Assembly: GCA_000004985.1 (NCBI GenBank)
Contig: GG738853.1
Direction: 5' to 3' (one strand)
DNA: 64,000 nt
DNA from: Naegleria gruberi
Taxonomy: Eukaryota
Both the position numbers and the translations under genes were made by a program. Positions 33,122-44,667 of the stretch are shown here, in pieces. Position 1 is the stretch's first letter; every line of letters begins with the position of its first letter. The notes beneath the pieces are model-generated. The model was given only the letters and a program-made list of their open reading frames with translations, had not been told where the DNA came from and did not search any database.

Positions 33122-33504
33122 TGGTGGGAGATGTTGTGTGCTGTTGTTAATAGGTACGGTGTTGTTTTGAACATTTTTTTTACCATGTGTTTTTTGTACG
33201 GATGTATTTATAGAACAATTTTGACAACGCCAGCGAAAGTAAACACAGAGAAGCCACACATTTTTAACACGTTGTTTACCTTGTTATCTTCCTCTGAATT
33301 AATAAACATACCAATTGTAATTAATTCATTATTTATTTTGGTTCCCCAATTACCTCGTACAAGAAAGTATTATGATTGTGATAGATCCATTGGAGTGTAG
33401 ATAAATAAGGACTGTGAAACCCATAAGAGTGTATTAACACTTACATTTTTTTGTCAAATACACAAATTGTAGAGATTAATATAGCATGATAAGAACCCCT
33501 CGAG

Positions 33505-34100
33505 TTGTTGCCTGCCTTTGGCAAATGGGAGGTAATTACTCAGGAAATTGCAACACAAGCTACAGAGAATTTCAAGGATGATCCTGACGTTCTTTTTAAA
33601 GTCATTCGAACCGATATTGCTCAACAAGTTGTCTCAAGAAATGGTCTTTTATTGCAATATTTCTCCCCACAAATCAGAGCAAACGTCGATGTTGTGAAAA
33701 TGGCCATTCAACAGAATCCACCCTCTCTTCAAAAGAGTTTAGTCCAGAACGAGGAAATAGTAACAAAAGCAATTCAATATGATGGATCAGTGCTACAATT
33801 CGCACAAACACAATTTAAATCAAGACAATTAGTATTGGAAGCTGTCAAACAACATAATCTTGCTCTTCAATTCACACAGGATCCTTCTTTGGTGATGGAT
33901 AGAGAAATTATTGTGGAAGCTTTGAATAATGGTCTGCCTTGTAGATCCAACGTGGAGGAGAGACAAGGAAATTGTGTTGATTGCCTTGAGTAATGATGTT
34001 AGAGCATACAGATTAATAGATTCTTCGTTGAGAAGCGATGAAGATATTCTAAAGGTTTACTCCAACTCTACCAGTTGTTGGACTATTACATTCGATGAAA
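33505..34100 (+). pseudogene. DUF4116-repeat gene relic. It has no ATG, about 5 repeats, and then a frame change near 33940. A further perfect repeat (RDKEIVLIALSNDVRAYRLIDSSLRSDEDILKVY) continues in another frame to 34105.
   Basis: Stops lie immediately upstream of the TTG-start ORF. The repeat consensus continues in frame +2 after ...EALNNG. Confidence 0.45.
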
Positions 34101-34231
34101 AGTAAACACGTTGATTATTCAAAGAATAGTTTCTTGACCACATACCATGCATTTTAGGAGACAAATTGATTGTTTTTTTTGAAAATATTAATCATAACTT
34201 GGTTCTGGCATGTTTTCATGACATAGGTCTC

Positions 34232-34975
34232 TTATCTTTCCACATCCCTTTCCCACTGATAAATATTTTCATGATCTTTTGATGACATGCATAACATCCT
34301 TGATACATTATACATTTGACTGTAGTATTCTGCTGCGTCATCAAGCCACTCATATTTATCAAACTTTTCCTTAATTGCTGATTGATATTGATGAACTAAC
34401 TCTATCCACACATTATTATCTTTCAAGAGTTGTGGAATAATGTCCAAAGATGATAAAACAAGCAAAACACCTTGACTGTCAATATTTTCAAGATAAGGGC
34501 GTAAATTTTGAAGCATAATATTACCAATTAAATGCTTTTGGGTATCTTCAAGCTCAAATGAGGAGAGAAGAGCAAACGTAATCCTAAATCTCCATTCATT
34601 ATCCAGTGGTTCGAATTTGAGAATTAAAGTTCCAATTTCCTCAACACTTATGAATTCTGCTTCCAAACCAACCACAATTCTCATAATCTCATTTCTATTG
34701 TCTGTTTGCGTAATTACGATTAATTCTGATTCTGATTCTACAATTTTTTTAATGGTAATATTAAAGCCACCTACAACTAATCTCCATTTGCATAACAGTT
34801 CAAATGATTTGGAGGTACTATTTGGGAGTAAACGAAGAATCTGCTTATCCAGCTCATCAATCAAATTGCTTCTATAAACTGGTGTTGAGATTGAATAAAC
34901 CATCCGCTCCATAATTCCCAAATATTCTGTAAAATTAGGGTATCTCAAGTAATAACCCAATACTTGAACTATCAT
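34232..34975 (-). CDS. Hypothetical 247-aa protein.
   Basis: ATG with an A-rich context (gataaaATG). No recognised domain. Confidence 0.5.
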   Translation of the reverse strand: MIVQVLGYYLRYPNFTEYLGIMERMVYSISTPVYRSNLIDELDKQILRLLPNSTSKSFELLCKWRLVVGGFNITIKKIVESESELIVITQTDNRNEIMRIVVGLEAEFISVEEIGTLILKFEPLDNEWRFRITFALLSSFELEDTQKHLIGNIMLQNLRPYLENIDSQGVLLVLSSLDIIPQLLKDNNVWIELVHQYQSAIKEKFDKYEWLDDAAEYYSQMYNVSRMLCMSSKDHENIYQWERDVER

Positions 34976-35791
34976 TTTATCTAGAACATATTGTTGGTGT
35001 TTCTTAAAAGAAAACCAACAATAAATAAACTAATGGATATAAAGCTCACACTACAACTTCTACCTATTCTTAGGTAGTTTGTAGCCTGGTTACTGCTGTT
35101 TTTAGGCATTAAGCTTTATTCAGCAGGTCCAGAAATTAAATAAACTAATCAATACAATCATACTATGATTTCTTAACAAAAAGCAAAAACTAAACTAAAT
35201 TAAAGCAATCTGACAATAAACCAAGTTGTTTTTTGGAGAAACAACTCCCATATAAAAAAACCTACTCTTGTAGGAAAAAAAAATCGGTAAAAACCAAAAA
35301 GTTAAGAATTAAAAAACCTACTCAACCGTCTTGACACTTACGAATCAAAACGAGAATGAGAAAAGAGGTATGTTCAGTACATATTGCCTTACTAATAGTA
35401 AGGGAAAGGTATCAGATACCTTCTAATCAACATAAAATTGATCTGTCGGTTTTAGATCACCAACAATTGGTTTTAGATCACCAATCATGATAAAAAACAT
35501 CAATAAATGATGTCAAATATCAAATAATAATACAAAGATAAAAAGATGATAACAATCATCTTTCAATAATACAAATAGAGTGAAATCTTTCAATCAATTG
35601 AGAAAATATTTGAGGATTGATTAAAAAATCACATTCTAAAGTATTAAGGACAAAGGTTAGAACCTTTGATTTGAATAAACTAATAATAATAGAGGGTGGG
35701 CAAGGGTGGGACCATAGTATGACAATTTTTTTGAGCATACTTTCTATTATTAGTTTATTCAATTGTTGTTTTCAAGAAACACTACTTTATC

Positions 35792-36313
35792 TCAGTAAAC
35801 TTCGATAAGAACAGAAATATCAAAGAATGTGGAAGAGATAAGGTAGTTTAAACCCTTCTCAGCGTAAGAACTTGTAATACTACTCAATCCGCTTCTATGG
35901 AATAGGTTGAAAAATAGCAAAAGATAAACGCCACCAATATTTGTCAACTTGGTACAATCATCCTTGACGGTATAAAAAGAATCAACAATAGACTGTAAGT
36001 GCCTATGGGTTGGATTGTTTTCAAAATAACCAACCATTTCAAAACATGCTTTCAAAAATAAAAACTCCTCTTTGTATTTGCTTGTCTTGATATATTTCTC
36101 AAACTCTGTTTTAGCTTTGCCCAACCACTTCTCTTCTGGGTTTCTGTTGTGGTACACGCAAACAAACAAATAGGCAATAATGTAGCCAATAGAACTATCA
36201 TCAGAAAATTGTTGTGTGGAGAGATGATCGATGTTGTTCAACACTGTTGGGATCAATTGGTTGGTGAGTGGTTTTTCTGCAGCCGTTTTTATGTTTTGCA
36301 TAACTTGGTGCAT
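35792..36313 (-). CDS. Hypothetical 173-aa protein.
   Basis: ATG start. No recognised domain. Confidence 0.45.
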   Translation of the reverse strand: MHQVMQNIKTAAEKPLTNQLIPTVLNNIDHLSTQQFSDDSSIGYIIAYLFVCVYHNRNPEEKWLGKAKTEFEKYIKTSKYKEEFLFLKACFEMVGYFENNPTHRHLQSIVDSFYTVKDDCTKLTNIGGVYLLLFFNLFHRSGLSSITSSYAEKGLNYLISSTFFDISVLIEVY

Positions 36314-36696
36314 TTGTGAGGGTTAGATACTAAACATTTTTTTGAGGCAAGGTAAATTTTTATTTATTTTTCTTAACTAGGGTTAATTTTCCCAAACTGT
36401 TTACTTTTTATTCAAAACCTTATTGAAAATAAATTATTATTGAAAGTAAGCGATACCAACAACCACCCATTGTTAGAACCTAGTATTAAATTAATATGCT
36501 CTGAGTCTTTTCAACTGCGCCAAGACCCCGACACATTATCAACCTTAATTCTCAATTCTTAACTCAATAAACGCCTCTCCAAACAAAAAAACATAAATAA
36601 CAGTTGTTTGAAATCTTATTCTAAACCAAACTAATCCTTTATTAATACCACTAACAATCATTACAATTCGCCAACCAGCAAAAACAAAAAGGATAG

Positions 36697-36780
36697 CATA
36701 ATAAGAACTCCTCCAGTTGTTGCCTGAAAATATATCAATAAAATTAAATAAACTCCCAAAGAAATTGTAATCCTAGTGTT
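36697..36780 (+). repeat. Degenerate copy of the 5' end (upstream region plus first codons) of the DUF4116 relic at 33487..33560.
   Basis: The two sequences agcatgataagaacccctcgagttgttgcctgcc and agcataataagaactcctccagttgttgcctgaa match at about 30 of 34 positions. Weaker similarity continues for about 40 nt. Confidence 0.35.
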
Positions 36781-36926
36781 CAAGCCAAATTACACTCAAT
36801 ATGTAATGGTAAATAAGTCGGGTCCAAATTTCAGATTTAAAGGTTTTCAAGCTTGGAGATTGTTTTTGAGAAAATTTTAATAATCGTGAAAAAACTGGAA
36901 GTTTGGATTTTGGAACGTTAAAAAAA

Positions 36927-37829
36927 ATGAATGCAAATATCAAGAGCCATTTAAACAATTTGAAAATTAATGTGTTGGATGATTGGGTGGATCAGTGTGT
37001 TCAATTTATCGGGATTGAAGAACCTCATCTACGATCCAATATCAATGGTATGAAAGAAGCAGTTTATCAACAATTTTTATGTTCCGATTATGATCAGTGT
37101 GCTATGAAACCTTCCCCAAACTTTAAATTATTTTCCAATATTGAAGAACAACATGGTCAGATATTGAATGGTCCTTTTGTTTTACAAATTAATGATATTT
37201 GGGATATTGGTATACCAACAACTGAACAAATTGATATGAAGGAATTAGTACCACAAAATAATGAAGATGTTGAAGAAGGAGAAGCCCTGTTTACTGATGC
37301 TCTTCAAACAGAAATTGTTGGATCTAAAGGAAAACGAGATTATACCAATTCATCATATAGTAGAAGAATGTTGAAATTTACTTTGAGTGATGGACATGTA
37401 AATAATATTCAAGCTGTAGAATATAAACCACTTGATAGCCTTTCTCTGAAAACTCCACTTGGATGTAAGATTAAATTAACAAAGGTTTTAGTGAGGAGAG
37501 GTATTTTACTTTTAATTCCAGAATGCATCTCAATTCTTGGTGGAAGTGTAGAAGAAATGATTGAGGCAAAGAAAGTATTCAAGACTAATTTAGCAGCTAA
37601 AAGAAGTGGAAAGTTGGATTTAAAGGAGAAAATAGAAGAGAATATTGCACGCCATCAAAATCAGCAAAATGTGGCAAGAAATAACACAAGTGTCATAAAT
37701 CAAGCACCTGTCTCTAATGTTAAACAAGAAGAGGAAGAATTAATGATGTTTGATGATGATGAAAATATCATTGAGGAATATGATGAAGAAGAAAGTTACA
37801 ATTCAGACACTAAAAGAACAAAGAGATAA
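36927..37829 (+). CDS. RMI1: RMI1 (RecQ-mediated genome instability 1), with a DUF1767 N-terminus and an OB fold.
   Basis: NGPFVLQINDIWDIG and SRRMLKFTLSDGHVNNIQAVEYKPL...GCKIKLTKVLVRRGILLLIPECISILGGSVEEM align to human RMI1. The track start at 36903 is a TTG. The ATG at 36927 has an A-rich context. Confidence 0.75.
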   Translation: MNANIKSHLNNLKINVLDDWVDQCVQFIGIEEPHLRSNINGMKEAVYQQFLCSDYDQCAMKPSPNFKLFSNIEEQHGQILNGPFVLQINDIWDIGIPTTEQIDMKELVPQNNEDVEEGEALFTDALQTEIVGSKGKRDYTNSSYSRRMLKFTLSDGHVNNIQAVEYKPLDSLSLKTPLGCKIKLTKVLVRRGILLLIPECISILGGSVEEMIEAKKVFKTNLAAKRSGKLDLKEKIEENIARHQNQQNVARNNTSVINQAPVSNVKQEEEELMMFDDDENIIEEYDEEESYNSDTKRTKR

Positions 37830-37830
37830 T

Positions 37831-39074
37831 TTACTTTTTATTCTTTTGTTTTTTGCTTTGCTTTTCCTCGCTGTCATTCTTATTTGAGGATTGATCAATC
37901 TTACGGATTAAACTAGAGTAAATATTGTCCAAAACTAAATCTTCCTTGTTGAATGAAACTTGAACAGATGAAGTAGTTGTTTCATATTTCAATTCTTCAC
38001 CAGAAAGGGAAACATTCACAACATGAACATTTGGAGATGAAGAAGTAAATAAATTAATCTTAGTCTTGCCTTCTTGTGTAAAAACTTGGAAGTTCAAAAT
38101 CTCACTACCCAATTGAATATTGCACTTAGGTGTTAATGTAGCTGTTTCAGTATTTAAATGCAAAACTTGAATATAATCAGCTTGTTCATAGAGAACCAAA
38201 ATAAGTGTAACTCCATTAATAGTAATTGATTGTAATACATTTGGATAGTTGTTTTCGCCACAATCATAACTGAACTTGAGAGCTTCATCAGCATCAATCA
38301 AGTGCTTCCAAACTTTGATAGTTCTATCAGTACTGGCAGAAACCAACACTAAAAGTTCAATAAATATTTAAATTTAAAAACTTACAATCTTCTGTTGCCA
38401 AACAAATACAAGAAACCATTTCAGTATGTCCCAAACAGAAATTATGAACCAAATAATATTCAGGATAATTTGTAACTCTAATCTTTTCATCTCTGTCACT
38501 AGTAATGATATACTTGTCTCCAATAATTAAACCTGTCAACATGGCAAGATGACCCATTTTAGGTGGTGGTTTCTTAATGATATTTGGAGTAGTAGCATTG
38601 AGATCAAAAACTTTCAATAAATCAATAATATAAACATCTCCGAACTTGTCGCCAATCCACAATTCCTTGTTGGTTGGTTGAATAGCAATACAATTTGGCT
38701 TCTTGATAAGTTCAATTTTACCAATCAACTTTAAAGAAGTATTGTTATTTTCCAAAGCAAAAACATGAACAACTTTGTCTTCAGTTCCAGCAACAATGAA
38801 ATATTTTCCTTCAAAAAGCATTGCTTTTACACTTGACTTTTCCAATTTATGATGGATTAATTGTGTTGAAAGGCTTTTCATCATTAAAATACAATCAATA
38901 CACATTCTTCAAGCTTGAAAAAACCTACCTTTCATCCAAAATATAGATATTTTCACCAACAGCCAAAGCAACTAATTTTTCCTCCTTTGATACAGCAAAT
39001 GATGGTAAACTAGAGACCGATGGTGCTTTAACTTCAACAGCAGCAGCGTTGTTAATTTCTTCTGAAGACGACAT
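37831..39074 (-). CDS. WDR4: WDR4/Trm82, the non-catalytic subunit of tRNA m7G46 methyltransferase. Exons are 39074..38929, 38873..38386 and 38348..37831, with introns of 55 and 37 nt.
   Basis: KFGDVYIIDL, ITSDRDEKIRVTNYPEYYLVHNFCLGHTEMVS and LLVSASTDRTIKVW match WDR4. Splice phases were checked against the track frames. Confidence 0.8.
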
Positions 39075-39406
39075 TTTTTTCAAATTTTCAATGTTTTATT
39101 GTTGTTGGTTTAATTTGTGTTGTTGTTGGTGATGGTGTGCAAATGTTCATGAACAAAATTGCACTCCAATGTAAAAACTCATACAACTACAACTTTATTC
39201 ATTGTTGGTTTCATAGACAATAACATGAAGATGGATTAAATTATCGGATAGTGTTGAAATGATTTTGAAAAATATTAAAATAATAATTACATAATTATTA
39301 AATATTGATACAACATCAGTGTAGTAGCATATAACTATGATAATTGATGAACAAACATATTAGTTTTACTTTATAATTATTAATAATAGGATTCCCTCCA
39401 AAAAAA

Positions 39407-40954
39407 ATGCTTCAACCAACACCACAACAATCATCGGGTGTTGCGAATTTATCATCATCAACATCTGGAAGAACAAATCATTCCTCGAATCAATCCGTTC
39501 CGATGGGTATTAATAATGCAAATAATTCATCTTTAATTCAATCGGATCCACCAACAAGATATAGTACTTCTCCGAATCAATTTGATCAATATATGAAAAA
39601 GAAGAAAAGAGTTTTCAATCATGAAAAGTATTTTATTGTAGAAAATTTAACTGGGAAAGATCCAAAAACAACAACAATGCCTAATTGTACAAAAATTTAC
39701 TTTGTGAATGATTTTGCTAGTAATTTTGCTAAAATTCAACATCTTCTTCCTGATGAAATAGTCGTACAGATTTTAAGCTTTATTTCTTTTCCTCTTGGTA
39801 CTTATATGAAACGTATTTTCCATCAAAATAATAGACAATTTGTGTATGATTACAATCAACTAGTTAATGAAAGTAAGAATGATACAAAGAACTTGATTCC
39901 TGATTTTATGAAGGAAAATATTACTTTAATTCAAACATGGAGAGTAGGTATCTTTCTGAATCATAATATTTAACAAACAAAGGATATCACAAAATTACTT
40001 TACGGAAAACGTGTTATTGCTGGTAGCTCAAGTAGTGACATTATGGATTGTAGTGATGATGAAATTAAACATGGAAGACCTTTCCGTATTTGGTCTAATC
40101 TTGATTGTGCAATTCAATCCTGTTATGAATATGACCAAGAGTTACCTCTTAACACAAAACAAATAAGAACAGTTTTATTCTGTTTCTCGCAAATATTAGG
40201 ATTTGACTTTAGTGGAAATACTTCATTTAATAATAGATGCTTGAAATATTTAATTCAAAGAAATCCAAAATTAGAAACCTTGAATTTGAAAGTAACTAGG
40301 GTTGACTATGATGGACTAGTTCATTTACTCAACAAGCAATCTGATAATAATACTTTGAGGGAATTGAAGTTAACAAGAACCCTCTTGAGATCATCAATTC
40401 CTATGGATTTTTATGGAAAGCTAAAAGCTCTTCGTTCTTTGGATATTGTAAATCATCAACTCAAAGATACTGATGTTGTAAAAATTATTCAATCAAGACC
40501 TTTCATTCACCTCAACCTAAGTGGCTCATCAATTCCTATTGAAATTGTAACTGTAAAGACTCTCACCTCCTTAATTCTGGAGGATTGTGCTTTGAGTGCT
40601 GAAATTGCCAAAACAATAATTGAAAAATTGGATCGTCTCAAGCAATTGGATCTAAGCAAAAATAATGGCCTTACACCAGAGGTATTTGACAATATTGCTA
40701 AAAACGAAAATTTACTGCAATTGAGGTTGGCAGGTACAGATGTCAATGATGATGTGATAAAGAATATCGCTAAGAGTGGATCCATGACTTTACTCGACTT
40801 GGATAGCACCAAAATAACAACTAAGGGTATTAAGACAGCAGTAGAGGGTAATATAGTCAAATCTCTCACTTGTCTAAGTGTCAGAAATTGTGGAATTACA
40901 CCACAAATTGCCAAAACAGAATTTCCAAACAATACCAAAATACTCAAACTTTAA
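39407..40954 (+). CDS. F-box/LRR protein. Exons are 39407..39943 and 39983..40954, with a 39-nt GTAGGT...CAAAG intron.
   Basis: F-box LPDEIVVQILSFIS. The downstream LRR ORF joins in frame after splicing. The N-terminus is Q/S/N-rich. Confidence 0.7.
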
Positions 40955-40977
40955 ATTATTAAATTATTACTTAAGAT

Positions 40978-43293
40978 TTATTCATCATCTTCCCATTCTT
41001 CATCCTCTTCTTCTCCATCTTCTCCTTCACTTGGTTGCAAAACGCTCAATAATAAATGGTGAAGTAAACTGAGAGCTTGATATTCAACTCTTTCTGCAAA
41101 TTCTCCACTCACCAGAGCAACAGATTGGTCAATCAAATTCTCGGTTGTTTTATCTGAAAGTTTTCTAGAAACTTTGAGTTGCTCAATAATTCTTGGAATT
41201 GTAATTGCTTCAATGAAAGTAAATTCATCAATTTCATCTTGCTTCTTAGACTTCTTCATTACAGTGGCAATGAGTTCTTCCATTTCCTTATAACACAAGT
41301 TTTCTGAATCAATTCCTTCAAGAGGATTCCTTCCATTAATGTTAACATCTTCCAATGCTGGACAATAACATAAAATTGTAGTCAATAATTTAAGAGAAAT
41401 TAAATGATGTCCAATACTGAAATCAAGAGCTTGTAACTTTTTGAAAACATTGGCAATCTTGAAATTTTGGTGTTTCAACTCGCTAAGTTCAGCATCACAA
41501 ATACATGGTGGCTGATCATTATAGAACAAATCATTGAGAAGAATTTCAGAAATCTTTGAGACACATTTAGCTTCAGAAATAACTTCCATTACTTGTCCAG
41601 ATAAATTTTTAGATGACATTGAAAGTACAAGCAAGTTTGGTGTATAGTTGAGTATTTTAGCCAATTCATCATTACTACAGCCAATAAATAAATCAAAAGA
41701 AACTAAATTATCCAAAACTTTCTTACAGTCTGAGGAAACTAATTCCTTTCCTCTAATTTCTGGGCATAAATACATTAAATTGATCAAATTAGGTGTGTTT
41801 TCAGCAAGAATTGTGAATAAACGATTAATCTTTGAATCACTAATCCACAAATTTTCCAAATTTGGACAAAGTTTCACAATATGTTCAAGAGTTTCATGAT
41901 TGATTTTAGCATCTTCCAAATAAAAATAATTAAGATCTTCAGTACCAAAAGCAAGTGATGTAAGATTAGGCAAAGGTTTTGAGAAAATCTTTCTGAGGGT
42001 ATTATCAGAAACTGGTGTTCTCTTGAAAGACAAATTTCTCAATGATTGTGGAATGATAAGATTTTCAATAGCAGAATCAAGATAACCCTTTTCTTCCTCT
42101 GGAGAAATACTACCCAACTTGAGAGTCTTGAGTTTCTTTGATGAAGTAACAGTAGATTTCAAGAGAGATTCCAACCATTTACCAGCTTTAACATCCTTAA
42201 CAGTAAGATTTTCCAGGTTTGGAAGAGCATTTTCACATGAAACAATTGAATTGGTTGCTTTCTTCAATTCAGTACCACCAATAATCAAAGTCTTTAAATT
42301 TTGCAATTTGTTATTCTTTGATAAATCCATAATAGTATTAGTGAGTGCAATAATATCAATTCTTTCATCATTAAATAATTGAATATATTCCAAGTGATCA
42401 GCATTATTAACAATTACTTCCTTAACAGCTTCATTCATTTCCTTTGTTGATTCATTTCTTTCAACAAGTTTAATATCGAAATGTTTCAAATTGGAATAAC
42501 TAATCTTTTGTAAATAATTCAATGCGTCAATACCATTAATAGATCTAATAGTCAATGATTCAACAGTTTCAGAACACAAATTCAAAGTATGTGCAATAAA
42601 TTGAGAAACAAAATTCTTTCTTTCTTCTTCTAATGGACCACCAATACTAACTTGAACTTTTGTGAAATTGAAAGTTCCTTCCTTTGCCTTATTTTCTAAA
42701 TCTTTTAACATGGTATTTGATTTCAAATTTGGAATGAGATCACCAACAATCTTTAAATTAAATTCTCTAATAGTTGGATTATTAGAAATCAAATCAATTA
42801 AATTAGTCAAAATTGTTTCATTTTCATTTTCCTCAACTTGATCCTCAAATTCCCATTCAACTGTCAATGATTTCAAAGATGAAAAACTTGGCAATGGTTG
42901 ATTATTCTTTCTTTGAAAAGCTTCAGATAATAAAGCTTCATTAGATAATGTTAAATTTGTCCATTTAGTACCAAAACATTTCATATAAAGATTGGCATAG
43001 AACATTTTAGGTGGATCTTCAATTTGTGCCCAAATGTTATATTCAGACCAAAACTTTTCACTTTTACTTGTTTGATAAAATCTCTTGGAAATTAATGAAT
43101 AATCATTTAATACTTCGGAAATTGTAAAACATGATAAAATTGAGCTTGTAATATTATCGGAACTTTGTAAACGTTCTCCTTGAATTGAAGATTTTTTCAC
43201 CTTCTTTGGTGGATTAGCTGCCACTGATTTGTTTGATGATGAAGTTGATGAACGTGATGGTGGAGCCATTTTTCTTTTCATTTTCTTCTTCAA
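40978..43293 (-). CDS. Large F-box-like/LRR (RNI-like) protein of 771 aa with an acidic C-terminal tail.
   Basis: An F-box-like segment (ITSSILSCFTISEVLNDYSLISKRFY...W) precedes about 20 LRRs. The tail reads EGEDGEEEDEEWEDDE. Confidence 0.7.
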   Translation of the reverse strand: MKKKMKRKMAPPSRSSTSSSNKSVAANPPKKVKKSSIQGERLQSSDNITSSILSCFTISEVLNDYSLISKRFYQTSKSEKFWSEYNIWAQIEDPPKMFYANLYMKCFGTKWTNLTLSNEALLSEAFQRKNNQPLPSFSSLKSLTVEWEFEDQVEENENETILTNLIDLISNNPTIREFNLKIVGDLIPNLKSNTMLKDLENKAKEGTFNFTKVQVSIGGPLEEERKNFVSQFIAHTLNLCSETVESLTIRSINGIDALNYLQKISYSNLKHFDIKLVERNESTKEMNEAVKEVIVNNADHLEYIQLFNDERIDIIALTNTIMDLSKNNKLQNLKTLIIGGTELKKATNSIVSCENALPNLENLTVKDVKAGKWLESLLKSTVTSSKKLKTLKLGSISPEEEKGYLDSAIENLIIPQSLRNLSFKRTPVSDNTLRKIFSKPLPNLTSLAFGTEDLNYFYLEDAKINHETLEHIVKLCPNLENLWISDSKINRLFTILAENTPNLINLMYLCPEIRGKELVSSDCKKVLDNLVSFDLFIGCSNDELAKILNYTPNLLVLSMSSKNLSGQVMEVISEAKCVSKISEILLNDLFYNDQPPCICDAELSELKHQNFKIANVFKKLQALDFSIGHHLISLKLLTTILCYCPALEDVNINGRNPLEGIDSENLCYKEMEELIATVMKKSKKQDEIDEFTFIEAITIPRIIEQLKVSRKLSDKTTENLIDQSVALVSGEFAERVEYQALSLLHHLLLSVLQPSEGEDGEEEDEEWEDDE

Positions 43294-43811
43294 CTTTTTT
43301 GAAGTTTTTCAACTCTTAAAATTTAATATTCAACCAACAAACAGTTGAGTTGTTATTATTTGCTGGACAATAAGAGAATGTTTTCATTAGTATTTAATTA
43401 GGAATGAAGCAATAATAGGAACATGTTCCAATTAGATCAATTCCTCCTCATCATTATGTTTAGACTTTATTACATAAATAAATTGAAGAAACCATAACAG
43501 TGTTGATGATTGAAGTGTTAAAAAATTCACAACAGCTATCATTGTGGATGGGAGATTACCATTCATAGCTCGGCAAGGGATGCTACTATCATTGAACGAT
43601 AGATCTGGCTATTCTCATACTTGCTTATAGTTTGGAATTTGTACTTCATTCTTGCAATCATTGAAGTGGATGATTGTGTGGAGGAATCTCTGACATTTAC
43701 TTTTAGAAATTAATTTAGATTTATAAAGATTGAGAATTTTGAATTTTCTTTTATTTTATTGAGATACTGTTTTAAACATTCCATAATTGTTAATAATTTA
43801 ATATTGAAATT

Positions 43812-44570
43812 TTATAATTTTTGATAATAATATGAATTGGTTTGCTGTTGTTGAGGTTGAACAGTACCATATTGAGAATATCCATTATTAGCTTGTTGAT
43901 ACAAATCTGCACCATAGTAGGATCCATTATTTCCATTCATAGTAATAATTAATTGTACGTATCTATTAGCAACAGTATGTCTAACAGGTCTAGTTCTATA
44001 ACCACCATGTCCTCGATTATTATGTACTCTTCTATAATTAGTAACTACGGTATAATCAGTATCAAAATTTAACATAATATTTAAACCCAATTGATTATAT
44101 TTTAAATTTTCATCTTCAATTAATCTTTTTAAGGTAGGTACAGTTATATCTGTGTAATGGTTAGCATTACTTTGACCATATTTAAATTGTAAAATGATTA
44201 ATATAGGCATCATTATAAATAAAATTAAACCCAAAGTTGGTAAAAATAATAAAAATGTTACTAGCCATAAAATTCTAAGAGTCTTGGCATCTTTGTTAAT
44301 TTCCTTGTAATAATTATTTAATGTATCATTCAATTCTATTATTAAATTATTTAATTCTTGAATGTTAATACCATTCGATTGTAATTGATGTGAATTAGAT
44401 CGGTCAATGCCGAATACTTCATATTTTTTAGGATTATATGTTGATGAAAATATAATGTTATTTAAATTATATTGTTGTGACATGTCTTGAAGAATATTGC
44501 TAGTAGTATTGAAATGATTTTGCAATTTTTTTTTGTATTCAAATGAAAATCTATTGCTGTTGACCTTCAA
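43812..44570 (-). CDS. Hypothetical membrane protein with a TM hairpin and a Q/N/Y-rich C-terminus. The true start is uncertain.
   Basis: ORF of 252 aa with AT-rich codons. The first ATG is internal (MSQQYNL). Confidence 0.45.
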   Translation of the reverse strand: MKVNSNRFSFEYKKKLQNHFNTTSNILQDMSQQYNLNNIIFSSTYNPKKYEVFGIDRSNSHQLQSNGINIQELNNLIIELNDTLNNYYKEINKDAKTLRILWLVTFLLFLPTLGLILFIMMPILIILQFKYGQSNANHYTDITVPTLKRLIEDENLKYNQLGLNIMLNFDTDYTVVTNYRRVHNNRGHGGYRTRPVRHTVANRYVQLIITMNGNNGSYYGADLYQQANNGYSQYGTVQPQQQQTNSYYYQKL

Positions 44571-44667
44571 AATAAAATTTGTATTGGATTCTAAATAGTT
44601 TCCACTACGGTAAATTAAATGGTAACATTTAAAATATTATCATTTTCAAACTGGAGCTTTCAATAAT

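Noticed and set aside
34232-36313. Merging the hypothetical genes 34232..34975 and 35792..36313 into one gene with an 800-nt intron.
   Set aside because: Each has its own A-rich ATG. All verified introns here are 37-150 nt, so an 800-nt intron would be anomalous.
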